A stretch of DNA of 64,000 bases from Rhodosorus marinus CCMP1338 (taxonomy: Eukaryota > Plantae > Rhodophyta), in contig JAMWBK010000008.1 of NCBI GenBank assembly GCA_029953675.1, positions 1,984,001 to 2,048,000 on the forward strand. Reading direction: 5' to 3'. A program made the translations under genes and the position numbers. Positions 12,501 to 22,364 of this stretch are shown piece after piece. The notes under the pieces are model-generated. The model was not told where the DNA came from. It ran no database searches and saw only the letters and a program-made list of their open reading frames with translations. How positions within the stretch are numbered: the first letter of the stretch is position 1; every line of letters starts with the position of its first letter.

Positions 12501-12853
12501 GGATTTATGAGGTTCCAGACCATGGAGACTTCTTCTTCCTTGAGATTCAGGTATTTGCGAGCAGCGGCGGAAGGCGTGGGGTCTCCACTATTCAAATACG
12601 TCCGACCACTGCTTCAGTGACAGTGACCACGATGCCTTCTGGATTGACAGTGTCTTCTGATTCATTATCTGGACCATCTCCGCTACGTTCTATGACTGTG
12701 GTCGGCGCCAATTTCACAATCAACGCTGTGGAAAGAGAGCGTGGTCAACGGTTTGCCTTTTGGGATGATAATACGCAGCTAGGCCCGGCTCGCTTCTTGC
12801 TCTTCAATACGCAGGGAGGCCGTACCTACAACGCAGTCTACCACGACAATTGA
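9566..12853 (+). CDS. Secreted glucose/sorbosone (PQQ-type) dehydrogenase-like protein with Ig-like and NPCBM/NEW2-like domains, 1095 aa
   Basis: Uninterrupted ORF with an N-terminal hydrophobic signal. GSDH beta-propeller motifs: HNMGGLVMSPGGRIFVGIGD, GKVHCI, VWTFGVRNPFRMCWD, GPVQLKEGPDGWLY. Two SbsA/Big_5-like repeats (ISVKFSKNID...ITDTAGREL; IIVNFSESMD...AMDLAGNGL). NPCBM-like module (LSELDWKSSTNG...LQTYVGVDD). C-terminal LIHC...CHRH...PDH module. Confidence 0.88.
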   Translation: MGKIGGFGVALALLAGITGGLVFDAEDLVSTVAVEGDFQSILDLDWIPGDLSRLVLCEKRGLVWLVIDGALQSKPFLDISDKIVNFGARGLTACMVDADFENHPYFYVSYVDNRLVETDFRTGTKGAIVARYKVTSDLSEAINPVILMGTRSPPESGCSNPNIAKRDNICLEDRSHNMGGLVMSPGGRIFVGIGDASSVSQFTELQIRAQNLDYKTGKVHCITRTGVACGNNPFIQNGDRTTNRATVWTFGVRNPFRMCWDPVLQIPLIANVGMAGWESVWPGYRGFNYAWPCKEAQRTNLKATFYEICEQIKDGEIEVHSDRTLWDYRHTLGAAATGVVRLHSNKWPAQLRNKIAVADYTNSWVKLIEVDENGLVGSHIDFISEAGGPVQLKEGPDGWLYMVSILTQQVIRIEYRVNTSRPEVVRVDPPPDFENTELTSDISVKFSKNIDFSTVTKMSLRIVELSTVTRVHVDYDWKRATNTVTARPRKRLERNLRYKISVTTEITDTAGRELKSKFSSYFRTGSGYALRLSELDWKSSTNGGSEYPVFRDKQFPTFAIDVPPLRIRGTLFESGIAMIAPGKVEVEVPNGCTRLQTYVGVDDVVQQLDTTGLFFVVKERTNNGVKKLHEDDFPVLRTDRPLFIDVDVTGASSVILETQKPGTTTNNDSIATWGLPNFRCGGYDDDKANVASIRPTGVIDISDSIIVNFSESMDIASTTAATQILLPIALGGYIIGFRTEFTPDQKTMVLTPNEPLDYDTEYSLTIAESAMDLAGNGLKNTFVRTIKTEVVKLSGEVFQLVDIKTQAIRNPEGVMIWREGHEMRIRAGTDVDYLVPGNCGALNLSMRARWNPARVVVKDLAGDAICDTGLIPKGRTADLICDISGQTRIRLSIRGSGIAHIYKSTINCALGSMNPRCEFGDEIPEKFRIGDVVRFSAKCYNYQGDLIKKEELFWIVSLIHCQTICHRHEELTEGGVSGGIYEVPDHGDFFFLEIQVFASSGGRRGVSTIQIRPTTASVTVTTMPSGLTVSSDSLSGPSPLRSMTVVGANFTINAVERERGQRFAFWDDNTQLGPARFLLFNTQGGRTYNAVYHDN

Positions 12854-13299
12854 GTCCTTTCTTCCCGGGTTGACTCTCCGATGCCCTGAGTGGGACGCTC
12901 AACATGCATGAGTATTAGGTAATCACAGCACGGTAGAAATCTATGACATATCCCGCATCGCGGTTCTGCCATAGTATAGTACGTGCTCGCAATACGCAAA
13001 CACGGTCTATCAGCAAACATTATCATGCTTGCTCGGGTGAAGGGCTCTTGCACAAAAGCGCTTTCGCCGAGGAGTCGCGCGGAAGGAGGGAGTGAAGAGG
13101 GGCTCCATAAATGGAACTTCATCATGGGAGTTTGCCTGTGCGTACCTTGATCGTAGTGTAGTATTGCCTTTCCGGCGGTAAGCGCGTACGAGCTAGTAGT
13201 GATGGGTTGGTTTCGTATATACCAGAGCCCCACTTTAAGAAATGTCCTTATTCAGAATTCGACGTTTTATCTACCCTCGCCGTTGTAGCGACATTTACC

Positions 13300-14690
13300 T
13301 GAACCCCATTTCCACGAACGTCCGAGCTTTTCCAAGAGCGTCGTGTTGACTGACCAGCACAGGTCCTGGTCCATGCTATGGAGAATTTTACAGTTCAGTC
13401 CACATTCTGCATTCTTTAAGCTTCTTCCTTCTACACTTCCAACACTTCTGAGAATTTTACGCTTTAGCAAACATTCTACCACGGTTTTGTTTGTCTGGGT
13501 TAAACACTTGCAGCGGCGCCGCAATCACGCCCTGAAACTGGCGCTTCTCGGCCGCGTATCAGACGCAGCCCACCCGCCTTCAGGCCACCTAGTGACAACT
13601 CGTGGAGATGTTCCCGGAGCCTGAGCAGTGCCCTCTCCCGGATTCTATTAGGACGCCCTATTGGCGTCCCAGAAGATCTGAGGGAAGATGGCGACGCAGT
13701 GGATCCTTCGACCGGTTGTCCACCGGATCCGCGAACTGCTCGTCCCCCATCAACTGGCCCATTGGGAGTCAGCGCCGGATGCGAACGCTCACTCCATGCG
13801 ATTCAGGCCCATCTCTCGTGCGAACCTGATGCTGGGGTTCGCACGTAGTAAAAGTGGCGCATTACTGGAAAGCGATATCCAATGAGGGGAGAGAGTTGAT
13901 CCTCGTACCATTCGTGGTTGAGACCTAACGCCGATTTGGACAAGAAGGGCTTGAGTTCCTTCGAAAAGCCACGGCACATCTGCACCATCGGGAATCGCAT
14001 TTATCTTTGGTAAGAGCACTGCTGAATCGCTTTCTATGGCAACAGAATGCACAGTGGTGCCAACACGTGATCGAGAAAGACCGGGCGGACCGGTCGATCT
14101 TCCCACTAGCAAGAAGTTAGATGAAACAGCACGACGAAATCTGTACGGAGCTGGCGCGATGGCTGAATCGCTGGAATTTCATCGAAATTAAACAAGAACC
14201 CGAAGGGTACTTCGAGAACTAGCGAATAAGACCGGATATCATTGCCACTCATCCAAGGACGTTCCAAAGGTATGCGCTGGACGTGACGGTTACATCGCCA
14301 CTGCAGGAGAAATACGTGAATCGGAGTGGGTCAGAGAATGGATATGCAGCGAAACGAGCGGAGAGGTGGAAAATGGCACATTATAAGGAGGCGATGTCGG
14401 TGGAGAAGCCAGACGACAAGTTTCCAGCACCAGTCCTCTGCATCACGGACTGGAAATCGCCTGCCGCACAGGAAGAAGAGGGGAACCCGCCAAATCCAGC
14501 CGAAAATCCTATGATCGGTTCCATCCAAAAACTCCTATCGAACTGGAGTCACCGACAGGCGTTTGGGGAATTGGTGGAGAACCGGAGGATTAGTGAAACG
14601 GAACATGTGCGTCTCCGTTTGCACCGAATCAGGAGGAGGGACATAGCTGCGAAACTTCCCATCCAGACACCAGCGGGGTCTGAACACTGA
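13300..14690 (+). mobile_element. Decayed RLE retrotransposon, lineage C-like
   Basis: Across frames: RPIGVPEDLR/KMATQWILRPVVHRIRELLVPHQL (RT) and RPDIIATHPRTFQRYALDVTVTSPLQEKY...GYAAKRAERWK (RLE). There are many stops and frameshifts. Confidence 0.7.
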
Positions 14691-14714
14691 CGAAGTGAAC
14701 CTAAGCCTGAAACA

Positions 14715-14960
14715 ACTGCTGGGATCGCTGCGGGGAGTAAAAACGTTTAGTACATGTACTATACGTTCACAACGACATACACTGCAGGCATTCAACGCCT
14801 GTGGAGACTGGACGTGACGCTGGAACCGAGCGGACACTAGCCAGGCAGCCACCTTCGACTGGACATTTTAGCACGCCATCCTCGGACCGGGAAGCTGTAC
14901 GTGATCGACGTCAAAGTGACATCGCCGCTGCCAAAGACCTACCTTCACAAAACGCCCTGG
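14715..14960 (+). mobile_element. Second RLE endonuclease fragment
   Basis: GSHLRLDILARHPRTGKLYVIDVKVTSPLPKTYLHK (PD..D-type core), paralogous to the RLE at ~14230-14320. Confidence 0.65.
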
Positions 14961-15175
14961 GAGACCGGGTACGACTAGTCACATATCCCTCGTCCAACGT
15001 AACCCGATCTTCAGAATGCATCGCTTTATTTAGAATCCCAGACCGTGCATCCTCGCAAAGATCGTGGACCTTGTGAGCGGGTATAGAACGGTGAGAGGGC
15101 TGATCACCAATGTTTTTGTCCCGATGCCGTACCCAAATGAGCCTAGTTACAATCAGAAAATTCATCGAGGAAGCG

Positions 15176-15412
15176 TGGAGGTTGCAGTCACTCAGGTCAT
15201 TGCTATTAGCGGCACGGGGTACATTTTTCCATCAAGGAAGAACCAGCTTGTTTCTTATTATGGCGTGTATGCACACTGTGATGCTGGAAACCCGCGGTTC
15301 TTACCGCTCGTAGTCTCTTCTTTCCCCTCGTTTCTTTTCTATTGAAATTACCTTCCCGCAGAAATGTTCCTCGTTCCGCCAATAGCAATGGCCTGAGTGA
15401 CTTCAACCTCCA
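15176..15412. repeat. 51-bp imperfect inverted repeat, arms 15176-15226 and 15362-15412
   Basis: TGGAGGTTG(C/A)AGTCACTCAGG(T/C)CATTGCTATT... with 6 mismatches by manual alignment. Confidence 0.8.
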
Positions 15413-15589
15413 TACCGCCTACCACTCCTGATTGTAACGATCAGTGCTCCGTAGTTTAAGTTGCTTGCACTGGCGTGCTTGAGCCGTTTGGAAACCTTCT
15501 CGGGGACTTTCATATTCGTTAATAATAAAGAGGTTTACTCTTTGTGCCAAAGGCAATAATTTTCTATCGTGATTGAATGTCTATCAATA

Positions 15590-16065
15590 GACTGGCTTTA
15601 TTAGTATAGCCTACAGCGTTACGCAAACCGTTAAAAGGAACTAAGAACTAGATAGGGAAGCGTGCAAACCCAGGCGCCGGTGGCGCGCCTCGGCAAGCAT
15701 GCCGCTCGAATATCGCCACAGAGAGACACCTAAGCGCCGCAAAAGTTCCAAGTATTCAACAGGATGCTCAGTGAAACATTTCCGCAACCATTCCAAACCC
15801 GACTTCTCCACGTGACCAAAGCTTTCCACAATGAAAGGCTGCAACCTGTGGGAGCGACCCTCAGCGCGAGGCAGGCTGGCCATACTCTCAGCATACCGTC
15901 GTTCCTTCACGCGGCGAAGGGCCGAAGCAGCTGCTCCCCGGCGACGGGCGGCAGCCGTGAGATGGGCGCTTGCCACAGGGCATGTAATCACGAGGTCAAC
16001 ATATGCTGAGCGTCTGGCGGCAGCATCGGAGACGAGGAGATCTGCGATACAACGGGGACCCTTTA
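15590..16065 (-). mobile_element. Lineage A 3' fragment (RLE plus decayed tail)
   Basis: RCIADLLVSDAAARRSAYVDLVITC...KERRY...ESFGHV...LGLHASLSSS*, followed by a decayed A 3' UTR. Confidence 0.9.
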
Positions 16066-16229
16066 TTGAACAGCTATATAGTGTAGCGCTACTAGAGGGT
16101 AAGGCTATGCGAGTCAGTAGTACAATAGTCAAATTGTCGCTGTGGTCTGGCTGAGGATTCGGGTTTTGTTTCTTTTTCGGTCGCGAGCGTGTTCGTTTAC
16201 GGGAAGCGCTTCCTCTGGTACACCTTCCC

Positions 16230-18922
16230 CTCGATTTTCCGCGGTGCGTCGTTTGCATTTGCAACTACTTCTGTCTTCCGGGTGGGTGTGTTGCGGGGCC
16301 TTTCCTATTTGGGTTGGGTTTGGTCGATTATTCTCTCGGTGCGGTTTCATATTGGTGGTGCAACGTTTCCTTTGCGCATTCCCTCAGGATGGTAGGGATA
16401 TCTCCGCGCTCGACGGAGCCTCCTCCCAAGGAGGCACTGCCAGGTGGGGGACTCCGTGTTCGCCTCAGCTGCGGCACCTTTTCTTCCGAGGTTGACTTGG
16501 AAGGCGCTTCTGGCACCCAGGCGCGTGCACTTATCTCCGCTGTCACCAGCCTGATCACGGCTGTGAGTGATCGTGGAGTGCTCCCTCAGCTCACCCAGAA
16601 GCTAGGTGGGCTGGAATCGGGATTGCTGGCCAGGTCAAATTCAAATTCGGACGAGAATTTGAATTGCACCAGAGTGGCAGCGTTGGCTGAAGGCAGTCAA
16701 CATCAGGTCAATCAACATGAACCTGTCCCGGGACAGGCGAGGGCGGTTGCTTCTGCGCGGGACAGTACGACGTTGGGGAGAGGCAGGCCGGGCCAAAACG
16801 CGCCTCAGCGCTCGGGGACTCGAGGCAATGGTGGTGGTGTGGAGGAGACTGCAGACGCTCAGCATATGTGGCGGTCACAAGTCCTGTGGCAGGTGTGGAG
16901 GAGACTGCAGACGCTCAGCATATGTGGCGGTCACAAGTCCTGTGGCAGGCGCGCCCAAGTGAGCTCTGCCGCCCACCGCCGGGGGGCACCCGCCTCGGTC
17001 CTTCGCCGAGTGAAGGAACGCCGGTATGCTGAGAGTATGGCCAGTATCCCCTATGCTGAGCGTCATTCTCACAGATTCCAGCCTTTCATACTAGAAACGC
17101 TCGACAGGCAGCAGATGAAGGTATTCTCGCGATAATAGCCCGGCTTCCCCAATGTGCCATCCCCGGGGCCAGTGAAATCCGAGCAGAACACCTGCAAGGG
17201 GCCACCCAGGACGTCCAAGTGGCTCTAATCCGCGTTCTCCGGCAACTAGCTACGGCAGCAGAGAAGTTTGCACCCCCGATGACCTGGGCAATGCGTAGCA
17301 GCAGATTACTGCCGATCGGAAAACCCACGAGCAACACAACCGCTGCAACGAGACCTGGCACCCGGCCGGTTAGAGTCCTGGAGAAAATGCAGGACTCTCT
17401 CAGCGCGACATCAGCGTGAAAGCCGCAGCCATCCATTGGCTACGCATTCACCGTATTGAGCGGATCCTTTTGGAGCGCTTCGCGTCGGGGCCACGCCACC
17501 TGCGTGCAGCCGTCTCTACCCTTTTCGACCGGGAGAGGCGCCTTGTGTTGACGTCGAGTCACAGGGCGGACTTTCAGAGGTTGGTAGAGGGCTCTGCTTC
17601 CGACACCACTTCCAGTGAGAGTGGTGAGGGCATGTCGGTGGAGAACGCCCCCATAACTTTGTTGAAGCCCGAGGCAGCTATCCCGCGAGCCTCGAGGAGT
17701 GGGCGGCTTCCACTCTGGTGAGGTAGGCGGAAAACGTGCGAGGGCCGACTCCCCCGGGTATAAGGGGGAGAAGCACGATTAGCTCCCCGGGTGCGGCTGC
17801 GAGGTCGCAGCCGATGGATTTGCGGTCTTATGTCGTGAAGGAGGGCGGAGACTGGGGCATTTGGCGTACGCGTTTACGAAGTTGGCTCCGGCGTTGGATC
17901 TCTTTGGAAGGAGGCTTGCTTTCCCTCCGTGGCAGAATTCCGTCTGTCGTCCTACCTCGCGGCGAGCTCTTAGTGGCTGGGACCACCCTGGACTTCATCT
18001 TCACGAGCCTGGCGAGTAACCTTCAGGACACCGTCATGTGGGAATTTCTGGGGGTCATGCCACGCCTGATTCTGACCCCAACTCACACGCCGGAGCGCGG
18101 ATGGCGTGTCCGAGATCGGCTTGCCATGTTCTTGAAAGGGGAATTAGAGGTGTTGCAGCAAAGCTACTTAGCGTCCTTGCAACCATCTGTTCGTCGGACC
18201 CAGACTGGAACCGTCTCGCCCCTGACGGCTCGAGTACAGAAATTCGGTCGCGGTGGGCAACTTGAGTCGAGCGGCACGAGTTCTGGAGGGCCAGGTGCCT
18301 GTCCTCACCTACGAAGAAAGTCTCGCCCAGACGGTGTCATCTTTGTTCCCCTCGTCCGACGTGGACCTGCTACACGAATTCGAGGCCTTCTTGGACCGTC
18401 CGGAATTGTCCCGGTTTCAAATCGACCTGAGTGTCAACGAGTCTGATCTGGAAGATTTGCTTCGTACCTCGCGTCGCGGACGCTGTCTTGGCACCTCAGG
18501 GCTTCGCACCGAACTATTGCAGGCTTTGGGCAAGCCTGGCCGGAACGCGCTGCTCAAGATCCTGAATAAACTGTTTCAGGGCACATCGGGTGCGTCTGCC
18601 CTATGGGAGCATCTCCGAAGGGCACAACTCTGCTTGCTGACGAAGCCTGGCCATCAGCCGGCCCACCCGCGTCTACGGCCGATCGGTATGGTCGAGAGCC
18701 TATGGAAGCTTGCTGGAAGGTGGCTATGCCAGCGCCTTCGCCAGCGGGTCACAGCTTTTATGGCGCCCTTGCAATTGAGGCGTTTAAGTGTCTCCCTTTG
18801 GCGATATTCCAGCCACATGCTTTCCGAGGCGTGCCATCGGCGCCTTGGGTTGCATGCTTCCCTCCCTAGTTAATAGTTTATCTTCACGCCTTGCGTAGCG
18901 CTTCAGGCTATGCTAGTAAAGT
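16230..18922 (+). mobile_element. Rearranged lineage A pieces (ORF1 N-terminus, RLE piece, ORF1 C-terminus, ORF2 N-half, short 3' end)
   Basis: Contains SAVTSLITAVSDRGVLPQLTQKLG (ORF1), KAAAIHWLRIHRIERILLERF (ORF1), MDLRSYVVKEGGDWG (ORF2), RLRPIGMVESL (RT) and an A 3' end at 18775-18922. A 56-bp tandem duplication lies at 16837-16948. Confidence 0.85.
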
Positions 18923-19830
18923 TGGACCAGCCCTCAGGTGGTCACCAGCTCCCGGCTACTGCGGGGGCACGTGGTGGCCGCAAGGGGGGCGCTTCGTACG
19001 CCTCGGTCTTGCGGAAGGGCACCACTGCCACACGTACGGCGGCTATGCTCCGTTTCCTACCATCTCGCGAGCCTCAGGATGGACCTGTGGAGACCACTCT
19101 CCAATTTCTGTGGGTGCGAAATGTGCGGCCCCAGACTACACGAGGCCAGGTTCCGTCTATGCGAGACTTCCGGGACACTTTTGCGGAATCGTTTGGGTGC
19201 AGCCGGGGTGATTTCTTCTTCGCAAACTATGAGGGCCGCGATGTGCTGTTTTTGGTCTCCGCAACCGCCGCCAAGTACCTGGAGGCCTTGCTGGCGACGC
19301 CTACCGAGCAGTGGCCTGAGAGCGCCCGGTGGCTGCGCTGCAACCCGCAGGTGGTTTTGCACTTCGATTTTGACCGTTTCTCGGGCAATTTCCCGTCTTC
19401 GGGAGAAACGGCAGGGCTCTCTGAGCATGAGAGCAGCGTGAAGGCGGCAGCGATCCATTGGCTACGGATTCAGCGCCTTGAGAGGATCTTGTTGGAGCGG
19501 TTCCGGTCGGGCCCTCGTCACCTGCGCATGGCGGTGGCCAGCTTCTTCGATCTGGAGAGGCGACTTGTGCTGACTTCGCCCTACAAGACAGAGCTGCAGC
19601 GGTTGGGGATTTTGGAGGGCTCTGCTTCCAGCACCACTTCCAGCGAGAGTGGTGAGGCAGGGGAGCAGACTGAGGGCATGTCGGTGGAGGACGCCCAGGT
19701 TACTTTGCTGAAGCCCGCGGGATCCGTTCCACGAGCCTCGCGGAGTGGGCGGCTCACGACTTTGGTGCGGATAGGAGGTAAGAGAGCGAGGACCGACTCC
19801 CCCGGGTCTAAGGGGGAGAAGCACGATTAG
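18923..19830 (+). CDS. Lineage A ORF1 (N-truncated) with RRM-like core
   Basis: Open frame containing LQFLWVRNVRPQT...RDFRDTFAESFG...VVLHFDFDRF (19099-19380) and a basic C-terminus GGKRARTDSPGSKGEKHD*. Confidence 0.8.
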
Positions 19831-19841
19831 CGCTCCAGGCA

Positions 19842-19861
19842 CGGCTGCGAGGTCGCAGCCT
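19842..19861 (+). promoter_or_regulatory. Conserved GC hairpin immediately 5' of the A ORF2 ATG
   Basis: CGGCTGCGAGGTCGCAGCC(G/T) then ATG. Also at 17794, 32130, 59047, 60268 and 56609-56628 (minus strand). Function is inferred. Confidence 0.65.
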
Positions 19862-22311
19862 ATGGATCTACAGTCTTATGTCCTGAAGGAGGGCGGAGAC
19901 TGGGGCATTTGGCGGACGCGTTTTCGGAGTTGGCTCCGGCGGTGGATTTCTTTGGAAGGAGGCTCGCTTCCCCTCCGTGGGGGCATTCCCCCAGTCGTCC
20001 TCCCTCGTGGAGACCTTCTAGTAGCTGGAACCATTCTCGATTTCATCTTCACGAGCCTGGCTCGTAACATTCGGGACACAGTCATTTGGGTTTTTCTGGG
20101 GGTCATGCCGCGCCTGATTCTGGCCCCCATTCACACATCGGAGCGCAGATGGCGAGTACGAGACCGACTGGCCCTGTTCTTGAAGGGAGACTTCGAAGTA
20201 CTACAGCGCAGCTATTTGGCGTCGTCAGCACCATCCGCCCGTCGGACTCGGCATGGCACAGTGTCGTCCGTGCCGGCTCGAGTACAGAAATTGGTAGCAG
20301 TGGGCGATTTAAGTCGAGCGCCGCGGGTTTTGGAGGGCCAGGCGCCTGTCCTCCCCTACGATGATAGTCTCGCCCAGACGGTGTCGTCTTTGTTCCCTGA
20401 GTCCGACGTGGGCTTGTCCCCTGAATTCGAGGTATTCTTGGACCGTCCGGAGTTGGCCAGGTTTCGCATCGATCTGACGCTCAGTGAGTCTGACCTGGAG
20501 GATTTGCTTCGTACCTCGCGTCGGGGACGCTGTCCCGGACCCTACGGACTAAGAACAGAGCTATTGCAGGCCCTGAGCTAGCCTGGACAGAGCGCGCTTC
20601 TGAGGATCCTTAACAAGTTGTTCCAGGGCGTATCGGGTGCGTCTGCGCCATGGGAACATCTCCGGCAGGCACAGCTTTGCTTGCTCACGAAACCTGACCA
20701 CCAGCCGGCCCACCCGCGTCTCCGGCCGATCGGGATGGTGGAGAGCCTACGCAAGTTAGCCGGGAGGTGGCTATGCCAGCGCCTTCGCCAGCGCGTCACA
20801 GCTTTTATGGCGCCCTTGCAAGTAGGGGTGGGATTTTCTGGGGGTTGCGAACTGATCACCCATGGGATCGAGCTATAACGCGCCAGTAGGCCGGAGTGGG
20901 GAGTCTTGGTGGTTGATTTCCGGAACGCATTCAACAGCGTGTCGCGGACGCATGCGCTAGAGGTGCTCCGACGGGTGTTTCCGGAGGCGTGGCCGTTTCT
21001 ATCGGGTATTTACGGAGGGGAGAGCCTCCCCTACTTGACAACGGAGGGCACTGTTTTTCAAGCACATACTGGCGTCCAACAAGGCGACCCTTGCGGACCT
21101 CTTCTTCATGCCTGTGCCCTACAGATCGTACTTTTACGTCTTTCAACTGAGGTCTCGGATCTTCGAATCTGCGCGTACCACGATGACGTAACATTGCTGG
21201 GCACCCCTGAGACCCTGGCTAGGGGGCTGACCGAGATCGAAGCGATTGCACGTCGCGTCGGTTTGACTGTGGAAACAGAAAAATGTCGCTTTCTCCCCCC
21301 GAGGGACGTGTCGCTGGCCTCTCTGCCACCCACTCTGCGACTAATCAGCGAACGTGAAGGGTTCGAACACCACGACGTCGGATTGGGGACTGACAACTTT
21401 GTCCAAGCATCCTGCGAGCGAGTTTTGGCACGGCACAAGCAACTCACCGACGCCATTGAGCACCTACCCGACAGCATGCTGCAATCGGCCTGCTTGCTTT
21501 CCCGCTTTGTGCCGGTCCCAGACTCAACTACTGGTTGCGCAGCCTGCCTCCAGCTTGGGGCTCGTGGATCGCGGCTAAAGCCGACGAGATAACCCTGAAA
21601 CACTGGGGAACGCTCTTGGATGAGCCCCTCGATCTTGAAGCTGCTCCCGACAGCGACTTGATTCGTGCACAGATCGCTCTACCGTTGCGATTAGGGGGAT
21701 TCGGCGTCGCAGACCGTGGGCTGGTATGCTCGCCAGCGACGGTTGCCTCCTGGGCTACCGCGCTGCGAACGTTGGTGACCTTCCAGATGCGAAGTGCCTG
21801 CCTCTTGGCTCGAGCTTTGACCAACGAGGATCCAGTGACCCTGCCGCCCCCGCTTTTGACAATTTATGATGGTCTTCAACATGCGTTCAGGAGGTGCAAC
21901 GCCGTGCCGGACGCAAATCGGTCCCGCTTTCGTTCCTGGAGGGAGCTGTTATGGGGACGAGCTGAAGCGATTGAGGATTCTCCCCTCGACCGGGTTCTTG
22001 CCGATGACGGAGAGGCTAGCCCCGGGTCACCTGTTGCAGACTACCCGGGTTTGAGCCGATTGTGGAGCTCCCGCACTGATGTGATTCAACATAGCCTCAC
22101 CTGGGGCCAACACAGTGCCGCTCACACAGTCATGCTCAATTCTCCTCTTGCCGATGACGGAGAGGCTAGCCCCGGGTCACCTGTTGCAGACTACCCGGGT
22201 TTGAGCCGATTGTGGAGCTCCCGTACTGATGTGATTCAACATAGCCTCACCTGGGGCCAACACAGTGCCGCTCACACGGTCATGCTCAATTCTCCTCTCA
22301 CGCCGCCTACC
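19862..22311 (+). pseudogene. pol: Lineage A ORF2, RT part (in-frame stops and frameshifts)
   Basis: Motifs RLRPIGMVESLRKL, QVGVGFSGGCE, VDFRNAFNSVSR, GVQQGDP, AYHDDV and ALPLRLGGFG. Stops at ~20579 and ~20876. Confidence 0.9.
21997..22299 (+). repeat. 150-bp in-frame tandem duplication inside A ORF2
   Basis: LADDGEASPGSPVADYPGLSRLWSSRTDVIQHSLTWGQHSAAHTVMLNSP occurs twice (CCGATGACGG at 22001 and 22151). Confidence 0.95.
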
Positions 22312-22364
22312 GAACGAATGGTTTAATCGGAGGCTGAAAAAAAAACCCCGAGGGGAAAAAAAGA

